Shown here: positions 30,855-40,576 of the stretch, piece after piece
Numbering within the stretch: position 1 is the stretch's first letter
Layout of the letters: every line of letters begins with the position of its first letter
DNA from: a bacterium
GTDB taxonomy: Bacteria; Bdellovibrionota_C; UBA2361; RFPC01
DNA length: 64,000 nucleotides
Direction: 5' to 3'
Assembly: GCA_030428205.1 (NCBI GenBank)
Contig: JAUIBK010000016.1
Coordinates: forward strand, 11,454-75,453
Position numbers and translations under genes: made by a program
Notes under the pieces: generated by a model
The model's database searches: none
The model's input: the letters and a program-made list of their open reading frames with translations, nothing else
What the model was told of the DNA's origin: nothing

Positions 30855-32582
30855 ATGAGTTACCGATCGGCTCTCCTCTTTGTTCTTCTTTTTTTTCTTG
30901 CTGGATATGCGTGTGCTGAATCTCCAGGTCTAGCGGTTGAGGAAGCTCAGGAGAAAGACCCTTTTGCCTTCACCTGGCAGAGAACGCGTGAAGCAGTAAG
31001 CGCTCGAAATCTTCTTGCTGTTCAAGAAGAGATAGCTGCCCTTGAAAATCTTAAACTCCTGCTTGGAGTTCGCTCGCTTGAGTCTTATTCTGCTGAGTTG
31101 ATTGAAGATGCTACAGATGAGCTTCGTGCTGGAAATCTTGATGAAGCAAGCTTTTATGTTCGAAAAGCTTTTCAACTTTCGCCTCAGTCTCCGTATGTTG
31201 TACTTTCGGCTTTTTCGATAGCACCTGCAACAGGTGTTGCATCACGGGCAGAACTTTTTGGAAAGCTGTTGTCACAAGTGATCTCCTCTCCTCTCTCATT
31301 GTTTTCAGCGGCACATCTCTTCCTCTATCCGCTGCTCTGGGCTGTTACTTTTGGGATTATTCTTTCGATCCTTCTTCTGCTTATTACTCAGTGCGATGAG
31401 GTATTACGAGCTGTAGCTCTTAGGATGCCTCTTCAATCACGTGGTTTTCTTGCGCCACTCTTTATAGCTCTGTGTGTCTTTGTCCCATTTTTCTTTGGCC
31501 CACTTGCTGTTCTCTCAGTTACGGTGCTGATGGTTTACCTTTTTTTGCCTCGTTTTCGATGGACGGCGTTCGTAGGCAGTGTTGTTGTTGCGCTTTGGGG
31601 ATTTGTTTTGCCTCTGCAAGAAAATGTCACGGTGTGGCTCGGGGACTCAGGTGTTCAAGCGCTCTTGCGAGTCTATGAAGGTGGGCATCAAGAAGGGGAC
31701 CTTGAGCGTCTTGGCGATCTTGTGTCTCGCAGACCATCTGATGGAGTTGCCATTTATACGTATGGCACACTCCTTCGCCGGTTTGGGAAGTATCACGAAG
31801 CTGAGAAAGCATTTCTTCTTGCCGAAAAGAATCTCCCATCTCCTGCATGGACCAAAGCACAGCTTGGCATGTTGGCGTTTCTCCGAAGCGATACACAGCA
31901 AGCACTTGAGTACTATGAACAAGCTGAAAGTGAGGGATTAGATACGGCGGCATTTTATTTCAACTTCTCGAAAATTGCTTTCGATCTTCTTGATACTACT
32001 CGTAGCCGCGAACTTGCCGATAAAGCAAGAGGTCGTGATCGTGCGTTTGTGAGAGAGCTGCAAGAGAGAGAGGCCTCTGTTGGTATGAAAGATGCCAGCG
32101 CAACTGCTGAACTACCTCTTCCGTTTGATTTGCTCTATCAATCAGCCCTCACGCCAGTCCCAGGGGTATCGCTCCTCTATGAGAAAAAAGCAGCGTCACT
32201 TTTTCAGGGGGTGTCACCTCAAGCGCTTGGAATTCTGGGTGTCGTGCTCTGTATCGTATTCTTTTTTGTCTCAGCAGAGAGACAAGCTCGACGTTTTCAA
32301 CTCTACTATACTGAGTATGCTCTTCCTGCTTCGCTTGTTGTGATCTTAAAGCTTATCCCTGGCGGAGCGTGGGTGTGGGCGAAAAGGCCGCTCTGGGCTG
32401 TTCTTATCTTAAGCCTTGTCTTTATTGCACTCTTGCCGCTTCTACACTGGCCATCAGAGGTGTCGCAGGTGTTTGAACTGTTCTCCTTCTCTAAGCGTGT
32501 GTATCTGATTCCTTTTGGAATTTTTCTCCTTGGTCTTTATTACTTGAGCTTTTTCCTTTCACGAGAGGAGGATGAGCAGTGA
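30855..32582 (+). CDS. Polytopic membrane protein with a TPR-like periplasmic segment
   Basis: Signal peptide and multiple hydrophobic helices. Confidence 0.45.
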   Translation: MSYRSALLFVLLFFLAGYACAESPGLAVEEAQEKDPFAFTWQRTREAVSARNLLAVQEEIAALENLKLLLGVRSLESYSAELIEDATDELRAGNLDEASFYVRKAFQLSPQSPYVVLSAFSIAPATGVASRAELFGKLLSQVISSPLSLFSAAHLFLYPLLWAVTFGIILSILLLLITQCDEVLRAVALRMPLQSRGFLAPLFIALCVFVPFFFGPLAVLSVTVLMVYLFLPRFRWTAFVGSVVVALWGFVLPLQENVTVWLGDSGVQALLRVYEGGHQEGDLERLGDLVSRRPSDGVAIYTYGTLLRRFGKYHEAEKAFLLAEKNLPSPAWTKAQLGMLAFLRSDTQQALEYYEQAESEGLDTAAFYFNFSKIAFDLLDTTRSRELADKARGRDRAFVRELQEREASVGMKDASATAELPLPFDLLYQSALTPVPGVSLLYEKKAASLFQGVSPQALGILGVVLCIVFFFVSAERQARRFQLYYTEYALPASLVVILKLIPGGAWVWAKRPLWAVLILSLVFIALLPLLHWPSEVSQVFELFSFSKRVYLIPFGIFLLGLYYLSFFLSREEDEQ

Positions 32583-33592
32583 ACTTACAAGGTGTGGTTT
32601 CAAACACTTCTCTTGAAGAGCTCCTCACATGTTTGGCCAAAGAGCGTCGGCAGGGTGTTCTGAAATTGCACCTTGGGGAGGCACCGCTTGAAATATTCTT
32701 TGAGCAGGGAAAGATTTTTGAAATTGCGTCTCATGCTGTACGACCGGAGGCGGAAGTACTTGCTTGGTTACACCAGTCGGGGCTGATTCCCGACACGTTT
32801 TCTTCACAAGCTGAGACCTATGAGGCGCTCTATGTAGATTTTTCCCCTGTTTTCATAAGCGAGGATCGAGAGTCGCATTACCGTCGTGTTATTTCTGCAC
32901 GTATACGTGAGAAGTTTCACAGCTTGAGCCTTCCTCAAGATATTCCTTATCTTTTTAGCCCTGAACGTGTCGTTCCTGAAGAGGGCTATAGTCCTTTGTT
33001 TTCCGTCAGTCAATTACTTCTGGAGCGTGCCGAATTTCTCGAGGATCTCTCTCAGCGGAAAGAAGAGTTTCCGGGCGATGGGGTCTTTGTGGCTGATACC
33101 GACAAAAAGGTTGATTTGACTGATGTGTCTCGAGCAGTCTTTTCGGCGCTTGACGGAATTACCCCTTTATCTGCAGTGCCTTTTCTTGCTGGTTCGTGCC
33201 GCTTTGATGTGTATCGTACGTTAGAAACTCTTCGAGATGCTGATGCGCTCATGCTTGTGAGTCAGGGAAGTGGTGTTGAGGCTCTTGATCTCGGTGTGCT
33301 TGATAATCTTGATGAGCTCTTTGATGAATCATTAGAAACCGACCCATCGGCTCTTCAGTCTTCTCATGTCCCCCAGATGAACCAAGAAAGGCCGAAAGCT
33401 CAGAGCACCAACGAGCCTCCTACTGAGGAAGTATTGCCAACACCTCACGCGCCCCAAGTGAGTACGGCGCAAATCTACAATGGACGCCTGCTCTCAAGTG
33501 TGCTTGTACCAAAGTTGCTTTCATACCTTATAGTTCTCGCTACTGTGCTATTACCACTCCTCCTTTGGGATAGTGTTTGGACCACTTTCTAG
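32579..33592 (+). CDS. DUF4388-domain protein
   Basis: N-terminus LEELLTCLAKERRQGVLKL matches the DUF4388 signature. There is a 4-nt overlap with the upstream gene. Confidence 0.5.
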   Translation: MNLQGVVSNTSLEELLTCLAKERRQGVLKLHLGEAPLEIFFEQGKIFEIASHAVRPEAEVLAWLHQSGLIPDTFSSQAETYEALYVDFSPVFISEDRESHYRRVISARIREKFHSLSLPQDIPYLFSPERVVPEEGYSPLFSVSQLLLERAEFLEDLSQRKEEFPGDGVFVADTDKKVDLTDVSRAVFSALDGITPLSAVPFLAGSCRFDVYRTLETLRDADALMLVSQGSGVEALDLGVLDNLDELFDESLETDPSALQSSHVPQMNQERPKAQSTNEPPTEEVLPTPHAPQVSTAQIYNGRLLSSVLVPKLLSYLIVLATVLLPLLLWDSVWTTF

Positions 33593-33719
33593 AGATTGAG
33601 CAAACGATGTTTGTCAAAGACGGGATAGATCGCCTCTAGTTTCATATTGTTTCTACCGAATATTGTACAGGTAGTGGTACCTCGTTTTCTTATGGCTTTC
33701 TCTTTGAGGATAACTTGTT

Positions 33720-35282
33720 ATGTATGCTTTTCGTAGGGTCTTGAAGACTCTCCTCGTTGGTTTTCTTCTCTCAAACTTCCTTTCTTCCACCGCGCTTGCT
33801 GGGAAGTTTACACCGAAATCTTGGGATAGTGTTCGTACGATAAAAAACTTTTTTTGCGTACGAGATGATGCAGATACAAAGTGGTTTCCTGCAAAGCAAA
33901 AAGGGGAGCTCTATAAGCGGTTGAAGAAGCCTAAATCTACCGCTAAGAACTACTCCTCGAAACTGGCAAAGTTTAAGAAGAGAAAGAAGAAGTGCAAAAA
34001 ACAATCGGCGCCAAATGCTCAAACCTTAGCGAGCTTGCCAAGTGGTGGTGACTTTATAACCGAAGTGACATCTCAAGAAGTGGTCACGGGCACGCCTCCT
34101 GCTTTCACCGATATCACCAATACCAGCGCTCTCTCCCTCTATTGGAGAGATGTTGATAGTGAAAACGTTATCGCTGGTCTTGTCAGTGGAACCCCAACAG
34201 CCAACCAGTGTGATGAGTTTTTTGCTGGGGGCAGTGATGGTGAGTCAGGTGGGCTTCTTGCGTGTCAGGCGAACATCGATGCTGTTCGAGCGCTCGTAAA
34301 GCCGCTTGAAGCAAGTATCGCCGCTTGTTATCTCCGTAACCTTGCGACGCAATCAACGGTTGATGATGGGGGAGTTTCGCTTACTTCTCCTTCAAGCTTT
34401 CCTGGAGCAAATATTGAAAACCTTTATGCTGCTCCAAATGGTTCGAGTGACCGGGTGGTGCGTATGGATATTGTCAACGATGATTTTCCTCAGTCTATCT
34501 TTGTGAAGATTTATGCTGCACAAAATAACGAGGCAAACGATCGTTCCTATCAGGTAGATCTCTGGTTTTGTGATGACACCAATAGTGGAACAAGTCCTAG
34601 TGGAGTCGACCAGATTTATGTTGGAACTGACAATAGCTTCTCAGCAACTTCGACATCAGCCTACGATGACAGCCTTTCTATGGTTTTGACTGGAATGGTT
34701 ACACAAGATGATGATGGAGATTATGATTTTGACCCTGAATCACCAAGCCAGGCCGCAATTAACTTCGTGACCTCTGATCAATCGAACAAATTTGCCTACA
34801 GCATCTCAGTTGAAGATGGGCGAATAACGATGAAGAAGAATGAAGTGAACACCGGCTCAAATAGCTCAGAGCAAGGGTATGCTTTGATTGATTATCTCGG
34901 TGATGTTGATGATCTTGCGATGAGTCAAGGTGGACTCAAATTCCGCAGCCTCGTAAATGATACTCCTGTGCTTGCTGACTCAGCCGCATTTGAGTATCGC
35001 ACGACAACGTACGCGAGTGCTCCAGGCAATGAGCTCCATGGACTTGTTCAAGCGTTCGAATTTAGCTCTGATACCTTTTATTCTACAGCCCCTTCAGTAT
35101 CACTCGATACAACGGGGTATGCCTGTGATGCCACAGCAAGCTATGTGATCGAAGTTGATATGGCTTCAACCTCTATGCAAGCTATTGAAACGGCATGTAA
35201 CGCGTTTGTACCACAAAATACTGATTTCTGTGCGAGTGATGATATTACTGATGCGGAAGACAGTTTTGAGAATAATTGTTAG
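33720..35282 (+). CDS. Secreted hypothetical protein
   Basis: Signal peptide, a Lys-rich stretch, then a Thr/Ser/Asp-rich body. Confidence 0.5.
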   Translation: MYAFRRVLKTLLVGFLLSNFLSSTALAGKFTPKSWDSVRTIKNFFCVRDDADTKWFPAKQKGELYKRLKKPKSTAKNYSSKLAKFKKRKKKCKKQSAPNAQTLASLPSGGDFITEVTSQEVVTGTPPAFTDITNTSALSLYWRDVDSENVIAGLVSGTPTANQCDEFFAGGSDGESGGLLACQANIDAVRALVKPLEASIAACYLRNLATQSTVDDGGVSLTSPSSFPGANIENLYAAPNGSSDRVVRMDIVNDDFPQSIFVKIYAAQNNEANDRSYQVDLWFCDDTNSGTSPSGVDQIYVGTDNSFSATSTSAYDDSLSMVLTGMVTQDDDGDYDFDPESPSQAAINFVTSDQSNKFAYSISVEDGRITMKKNEVNTGSNSSEQGYALIDYLGDVDDLAMSQGGLKFRSLVNDTPVLADSAAFEYRTTTYASAPGNELHGLVQAFEFSSDTFYSTAPSVSLDTTGYACDATASYVIEVDMASTSMQAIETACNAFVPQNTDFCASDDITDAEDSFENNC

Positions 35283-35314
35283 GGGACAAGAAAGCGTCTT
35301 GTAATCCTTTATTG

Positions 35315-35358
35315 AAAACGTGAGCCCGCCGTAAACAGATGGCGGGCTTCACGTTTTC
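35315..35358. terminator. Bidirectional rho-independent terminator
   Basis: aaaacgtgagcccgcc-N10-ggcgggcttcacgtttt. The stem is flanked by A- and T-tracts. Confidence 0.6.
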
Positions 35359-35367
35359 TTGATCTAC

Positions 35368-35568
35368 CTAGTCGCTGGTAGAGGAGAGGGACGCTTCACG
35401 GGCGATCTGATTTGCGACTTCTCGCCGGTGAATCTCGACATCCCGTGGGAAGTCGAATGCCACTCGTACCCGCTCTCCCTTGACCGATGCGATTCGAACA
35501 AACCCAATGGGATTGTTCGGATCTCCAACAACAACCTCTTCTCCTTCACGTCTCGTAATCACGAGCAT
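35368..35568 (-). CDS. csrA: Carbon storage regulator CsrA
   Basis: MLVITRREGEEVVVGD...VRIASVKGERVRVAFDFPRDVEIHRREV matches CsrA. AAAGGAG RBS. The ORF track start lies upstream at 35619. Confidence 0.8.
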   Translation of the reverse strand: MLVITRREGEEVVVGDPNNPIGFVRIASVKGERVRVAFDFPRDVEIHRREVANQIAREASLSSTSD

Positions 35569-35633
35569 TCCGTTACTCCTTTCGCTGGAGAAAGCCCTCT
35601 TTTGTTTGCACCCATGCAAACAGTAAGCTCAAA

Positions 35634-35677
35634 GGGGCCCATGAGAGTTGTGTCTCAACACAAGTCTCATGGGCCCC
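35634..35677. promoter_or_regulatory. 19-bp stem-loop between the upstream gene and csrA. It may be a leader element or a terminator.
   Basis: ggggcccatgagagttgtg-tctcaa-cacaagtctcatgggcccc, with one mismatch. Confidence 0.4.
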
Positions 35678-35846
35678 TCACTCTCAAGGATGTAAAGTAA
35701 CAGATGCGTTACAGGAGTAGCTCTCAAATCGAGAGCGAAAGAAACCCTATACGCTTTTGTCCCCAGTGAGGGGAGTATCGAGGCGATTCAAATCTTAGTC
35801 AAGTTCGCAGGAATATAGATGGGGAGGTTGGAGTTCGTCGGGAGGG

Positions 35847-36473
35847 CTAGCGGATATCGTCGTCTGAGGTATCAAGAAAAAAGATACCAGATACGAGGTC
35901 GATAACTTCATCCCCGCAGATACCGACATATCCACCAACAAAGAGATCGAGCCCTAGGCCAAACTCGGCCTTACAAATATCTCTATCTTTTGAGGCGATA
36001 AAGGCAGGACCAGCACCGAACTCGTTGGAAGACTCAACCATCACAGGAGCCCTCCGACCGAAGTTTCCGACCCGCAGGCTTGCTGGCGAAACAGAGCGAT
36101 AGCCAACCTGACCGTATTTGGTTACTCGAGCAACTCCGCCAAATGAGGTGCCAACTCCAACATCAAATTTGACCACATCAATCACATCAAGTACGCGGTT
36201 TACCGGCCAGAGGAGCACTTGTTGCCACCACGGTTTGCTAAGATCTTTTTCAACCACTTCAAAGTCTCCCCAGCCAGGTTTTGGGCTTGCCGTTACCCCG
36301 TCTTTTGGAGTGACGAGGTCTTTTTCTTTGACGGTTGAGGTTGATGGATCCGCAAGGCCGGGAGAAGGGGGAAGGAGGGAGAGGCACACAAACGCACAAC
36401 AGAGTGCTCGGAGCGAAGACCAGGCAAAAAATGAGCGGTTACGAATCATTGCAGTGACGCGACCAATAGTCAT
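35847..36473 (-). CDS. Secreted hypothetical protein
   Basis: Signal peptide-like N-terminus. No recognisable domain. Confidence 0.4.
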   Translation of the reverse strand: MTIGRVTAMIRNRSFFAWSSLRALCCAFVCLSLLPPSPGLADPSTSTVKEKDLVTPKDGVTASPKPGWGDFEVVEKDLSKPWWQQVLLWPVNRVLDVIDVVKFDVGVGTSFGGVARVTKYGQVGYRSVSPASLRVGNFGRRAPVMVESSNEFGAGPAFIASKDRDICKAEFGLGLDLFVGGYVGICGDEVIDLVSGIFFLDTSDDDIR

Positions 36474-38145
36474 CTAATTTACGTCGAACCTCTCTTACGA
36501 GAAACAAGCTTCCAATGATATTTGGAAAAGCCATGCTCAAGATCATAGCATCTGAAAAATCGAGCACATCTTTGAGGCTACTAATAGCTCCAAGATAGAC
36601 GAAGAATACAAATGTTAGCCGGTAAATGGATAACGTCTTTTGACCAACACCTTTACCGAAGTGATCGAGCAAGTATATCCAACCACGTTCACCGTAATAG
36701 CACCAGGAGATCATTGTAGAGTAAGCAAAGAGACCGATGCAGACAGTGAGCACCGTTGGAAACCACGGAAGAACCGTTCGAAAGGACTCTGTAGTGAGAG
36801 TTACCCCAATATTTCCACCTTGAGCAACGAGAGCAGGATCAGACCAAGTGCCAGTGACGATAATAACGAGTGAAGTCATAAGACAGATCAGGATGGTATC
36901 GATACACGGTCCGAGCATGGCGACCATTCCTTCTCGGATTGGTTCATCAGTTTTTGCAGCGGCGTGAGCAATAGCAGCACTACCAAGCCCAGCTTCGTTT
37001 GAGAAAGCAGCGCGCGTTATCCCACGAATAATGACACCGACAACGCCACCAAAGGCAGCGTTTGACGTAAACGCCATTGTAAAGATGAGTTGAATAGCAT
37101 GAGGGATTTCAGAGAGACTCGTTAATATGACAATCAGGGAAGCGAGAATATAAAGTCCACACATGGCAGGAACGATCTTAGATGTGGCAGCGCCAATGCG
37201 TTTAATGCCGCCAAGGATCACAACAGCTACAGCACAGGCCATGATGATTCCAATGGCATGACCAGCGTTGTTGCCGAGACCAAATGAGCTCGTAAATGCT
37301 TCAACGGTCTGATTCGCTTGGAACATATTTCCGCCGCCCACGGCTGCTCCCATGACCATAAAGGCGTACATGATAGCGAGAACTTTTCCGAGCCCAGCAA
37401 TGAGCGTTCCTTTATTCTTCAGCCCAAGATCAATGTAATACATCGGGCCACCTGAGATTGAGCCATCATCATTTACCTGACGGTACATCTGAGCGAGTGA
37501 GCAGCTATTGAATTTAGCTGTCATACCAAAAATCGATAACAGCATCATCCATAACACAGCTCCTGGCCCACCGGTCTGGATAGCAAGAGCAACTCCAGCG
37601 ATATTTCCTAGGCCCACCGTAGCAGAGAGTGCACTAGTGAGAGCACGGAAGTGAGAGATTTCACCAGCATCTTCTTCTTTGTCATATTTTCCACGAACAA
37701 CATCTATGGCGTGGCGAAATCCGCGGATATTGATAAAGCCATGGTAGAAAGTAAAAAAGATTGCTCCGAGCGAAAGTATAGTTACAAGAAAAGGAACGGG
37801 GACAGTTTGCATTTTAGGCGTTCCATCGTCACTGAGTACGGGAGTGCCATCAGGCTTGATCTGTTCAATTTCAAAAGCACCAAAGGCAACGTCAAAAAAG
37901 AGCACAGAGAAGATAGCGCCGTTTACTTGGGAGAGCAGGGTTGGTTGTTCTTCGTCGGGGGAGGGTTTTTTCGGAGTTGCACTCTCTTCCATAGCCGGAG
38001 TCTGGGACGAAGCAGGTGTGTCTTGAGCGGTGGCGGAAAAAGAAGCGAGGACAAGGGCGCAAAGGAAGAGCAGTGAAAGGAGAGAACGTGTTGTACGCTG
38101 CATAGAAAGGAGCCTCCGTGAGATGGGTTGTTCAGATGATGGCAT
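36439..38145 (-). CDS. Sodium:alanine (amino acid:cation) symporter, AGCS family
   Basis: GGPGAVLWMMLLSIFGMTAKF and a polytopic membrane profile typical of AGCS. Confidence 0.7.
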   Translation of the reverse strand: MPSSEQPISRRLLSMQRTTRSLLSLLFLCALVLASFSATAQDTPASSQTPAMEESATPKKPSPDEEQPTLLSQVNGAIFSVLFFDVAFGAFEIEQIKPDGTPVLSDDGTPKMQTVPVPFLVTILSLGAIFFTFYHGFINIRGFRHAIDVVRGKYDKEEDAGEISHFRALTSALSATVGLGNIAGVALAIQTGGPGAVLWMMLLSIFGMTAKFNSCSLAQMYRQVNDDGSISGGPMYYIDLGLKNKGTLIAGLGKVLAIMYAFMVMGAAVGGGNMFQANQTVEAFTSSFGLGNNAGHAIGIIMACAVAVVILGGIKRIGAATSKIVPAMCGLYILASLIVILTSLSEIPHAIQLIFTMAFTSNAAFGGVVGVIIRGITRAAFSNEAGLGSAAIAHAAAKTDEPIREGMVAMLGPCIDTILICLMTSLVIIVTGTWSDPALVAQGGNIGVTLTTESFRTVLPWFPTVLTVCIGLFAYSTMISWCYYGERGWIYLLDHFGKGVGQKTLSIYRLTFVFFVYLGAISSLKDVLDFSDAMILSMAFPNIIGSLFLVREVRRKLDDYWSRHCNDS

Positions 38146-38181
38146 ATTTTTGTGGGATCTTGCTAGCAGTAATGGGGGAGT

Positions 38182-38343
38182 GAGGCGGAAGCGGATACCA
38201 AGAATAAGACCAAAACGAAGATATAGGTCAAGGCGGAGGCTGAGAAAAAGATAAAGAGCAAGGAGATCCTATTTCTCAGCCTCTATCTCAGTCTTCGTCT
38301 AGATCTTGGTTTTGGTCTTATTCTTGGCCTTGGTCTCCGCCTC
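38182..38343. repeat. Long imperfect palindrome of 6-bp tandem units, copy A. The same family is at 52864-53082.
   Basis: Arm GGCGGA AGCGGA TACCAA GAATAA GACCAA... pairs with TCTTGG TTTTGG TCTTAT TCTTGG CCTTGG TCTCCG, with a perfect 18-bp core. Confidence 0.6.
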
Positions 38344-38365
38344 TAAAAAACAAGCAAAAGTTCTA

Positions 38366-38821
38366 TCAAAAATACACCACCGTAACCCCAGCATTCCCCT
38401 CATCAACCTTAAAATGCTTTACAGCTGATATCTCTCTCAATCTCTTATGAACAGCTTCCTGTACTTTCCCTGTTCCAATCCCGTGTACAACACGAAACGA
38501 ATCGTGACCAGCACGAAGTGCAGCATCAAGTGCGCTGTCGAGAGCTTCAAGTGCTTCGTGTACACGCTTGCCGTGAAAATCGATGGATGTTGGGGCCGAG
38601 TGTAGCGAATGTGCTTGTTTTGCTGGAGAGGTAAAAGCTCCTTTGGGAATCTCTTCTCTCTTAGATTTTTTCTTTTCAATTTTACGTAAATCTTGACACT
38701 TGCAACGCATTGAGAGGTTGCCAATTCGCACTTCAAACGTATTGCGAGCGAGTGATTGAACAATAATCCCGGATTTATTTAGCGGGATAACGAGGACACT
38801 ATCTCCTGGTTGAAGTTGCAT
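38366..38821 (-). CDS. Smr (small MutS-related) domain protein
   Basis: DFHGKRVHEALEALDSAL...VVHGIGTGKVQEAV Smr domain signature. Confidence 0.65.
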   Translation of the reverse strand: MQLQPGDSVLVIPLNKSGIIVQSLARNTFEVRIGNLSMRCKCQDLRKIEKKKSKREEIPKGAFTSPAKQAHSLHSAPTSIDFHGKRVHEALEALDSALDAALRAGHDSFRVVHGIGTGKVQEAVHKRLREISAVKHFKVDEGNAGVTVVYF

Positions 38822-38836
38822 GGAAGAGGCGCGGTG

Positions 38837-40102
38837 TTACGAGAGAAGCTTTACGAGGTGATACTTCTTTTTTCCTGTACGAAGTACGAGTAGCTCTTGA
38901 GGTTCTGGAAGAGCTTCTTTCAGAGAGAGGGCTCCGTCAGTAATACGCTCATTGTTGAGATAAGCACCGCCATTTTTAATTAGTCTCTTGCATTCTCCCT
39001 TTGAAGAGATAGCACCAGAATTGACAAAGAGATCGAGCAAAGAGCTCTCTCGTGTATCGTGTAAAGGAAGCGAAGAGGAGGGGACATCGGAAAAAATCTC
39101 TTCTAGCTGCTCAGTTGAAAGCCCCTCAAGTGACCCACCAAAGAGAACTTGCGCTGAGCGTTTGGCGTCTTCAGTGGCATCTTTGCCGTGAATGAGTGTG
39201 CATACTTCATCCGCGAGTGTTTTTTGAGCGAGCCGTTTTTCAGGCGCTTGTTCTACACATCTTTCAAGCTCTGCAACTTTCTCTTTATCGAGAAAGGTAA
39301 AGATCTTAATGTAACGAATGACATCGCTATCGTCAGTATTGAGCCAGAACTGGTGAAGCTTGTAGGGACTTGTCAATTTCGGGTCGAGCCAAATAGCCCC
39401 ATCTTCTGATTTACCAAACTTTTTCCCTTGGCTGTTGGTGAGAAGAGGAAAGGAGAACGCAAATGCTTCACCAACATTCTTTCGACGGATGAGTTCAAGC
39501 CCAGCAGTGATGTTGCCCCACTGGTCAGAGCCCCCGATCTGCAGCCGGCAACCGTGATGCTTAAAGAGGTGGAGGTAATCAAATGCCTGTAGAGTCATGT
39601 AGCTAAATTCAGTAAATGATATACCAGCCCCTTCGACTCGTGATTTGACGACTTCTTTGGCAAGCATGTAGTTGACGGTAAAGTGCTTTCCAATATCACG
39701 CAGAAACTCGAGCATTGTGACGTCTTTGGTCCAGTCGAAATTGTCTACAAAAGTGGCCGTAATACCAATTCGCTCGTAGATAGCTTCAGTTTGCGCTTTT
39801 TGAGTGTCAACGTTTGCTTGGATCTCTTCGCGCGAAAGAAGTTGGCGCTCTTTATTCTTTCCTGAAGGGTCTCCAATTGAGCCAGTTGCGCCTCCAAAGA
39901 GGATAATAGGCTTATATCCTTCTTGAGCCATGCGAGCTGAAACGAGCAGGGGAATAAGGTTGCCCAGCTGCAAGCTCGTAGCTGTCGGGTCAAAGCCCAC
40001 GTAAAATGGCGCTCCAGCCGGTAATTTGCCTGCTATCTCGTCATCAGAGCGGTCTTGGAGGAGACCGCGCCACTCAAGGTCTTGGAATAATTCAACTGTC
40101 AT
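38837..40102 (-). CDS. tyrS: Tyrosyl-tRNA synthetase
   Basis: Class I motifs, KMSKS-like KFGKSE and a C-terminal S4-like domain. No T-box leader; only 137 bp lie upstream. Confidence 0.9.
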   Translation of the reverse strand: MTVELFQDLEWRGLLQDRSDDEIAGKLPAGAPFYVGFDPTATSLQLGNLIPLLVSARMAQEGYKPIILFGGATGSIGDPSGKNKERQLLSREEIQANVDTQKAQTEAIYERIGITATFVDNFDWTKDVTMLEFLRDIGKHFTVNYMLAKEVVKSRVEGAGISFTEFSYMTLQAFDYLHLFKHHGCRLQIGGSDQWGNITAGLELIRRKNVGEAFAFSFPLLTNSQGKKFGKSEDGAIWLDPKLTSPYKLHQFWLNTDDSDVIRYIKIFTFLDKEKVAELERCVEQAPEKRLAQKTLADEVCTLIHGKDATEDAKRSAQVLFGGSLEGLSTEQLEEIFSDVPSSSLPLHDTRESSLLDLFVNSGAISSKGECKRLIKNGGAYLNNERITDGALSLKEALPEPQELLVLRTGKKKYHLVKLLS

Positions 40103-40239
40103 GGCCGGGAGAATACCTTTTTCTCTTCTTGCGTGTCCACAGCACTTGCCTTTTTTTCTGTGATCTGAGAATGTTAGCCTTCGATTTGATGGTACCCCTC
40201 ATGTTAGAGAGGGAGGAATTTTTTTGAGTTAACCAACTG

Positions 40240-40440
40240 ATGGCAAAAGCAGCGAAAGAAACCACTTTTCTCGTATCATCTGAGGGGACAGGGTATTTCT
40301 ACACGAACCGACGTAATAAGAAGAAGAACCGTGGCGATAGCAAGGTTTCTGTTCGTAAGTACGACCCCATTGCTCGAAAGCATGTGCTTTTCGAGGAGAA
40401 AAAACTCTCAAGGCTAAAGAAAAAGTACGTGCAGGCTTAG
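40240..40440 (+). CDS. rpmG: 50S ribosomal protein L33 with a C-terminal extension
   Basis: MAKAAKETTFLVSSEGTGYFYT...KYDPIARKHVLF resembles L33. Confidence 0.7.
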   Translation: MAKAAKETTFLVSSEGTGYFYTNRRNKKKNRGDSKVSVRKYDPIARKHVLFEEKKLSRLKKKYVQA

Positions 40441-40470
40441 ATTCCTCCGTGCTACGCTAACCGCGTTCGT

Positions 40471-40509
40471 TTTTTGCCCATTAACCTGAGTGTGGTGTGT
40501 GGGCAAAAT
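40471..40509 (+). terminator. Candidate terminator of rpmG
   Basis: A T-tract, then the tttttgccca...tgggcaaaa stem. Confidence 0.45.
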
Positions 40510-40576
40510 TATTGTTGTATTGCTCTTTGCTTCGGTGCAAGGAGAGTGTTTTTCCCGTAGAGAGTAGTGTTGTTCT

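Noticed and set aside
38030-38254. Arg-rich 74-aa ORF (RRKRIPRIRPKRRYRSRRRLRKR)
   Set aside because: It coincides with the hexamer-periodic palindrome arm. The periodic basic codons arise from the 6-bp DNA repeat. It has no RBS or start context.
40103-40239. T-box riboswitch upstream of tyrS
   Set aside because: Only 137 bp separate tyrS from the divergent rpmG. That is too short for a T-box leader, and no T-box or specifier motif is visible.
40240-40440. The 66-aa rpmG might not be L33 because of its length
   Set aside because: The N-terminal 50 residues match the L33 consensus well. The extra C-terminal Lys-rich residues are most simply a lineage-specific extension, so the L33 call is kept.
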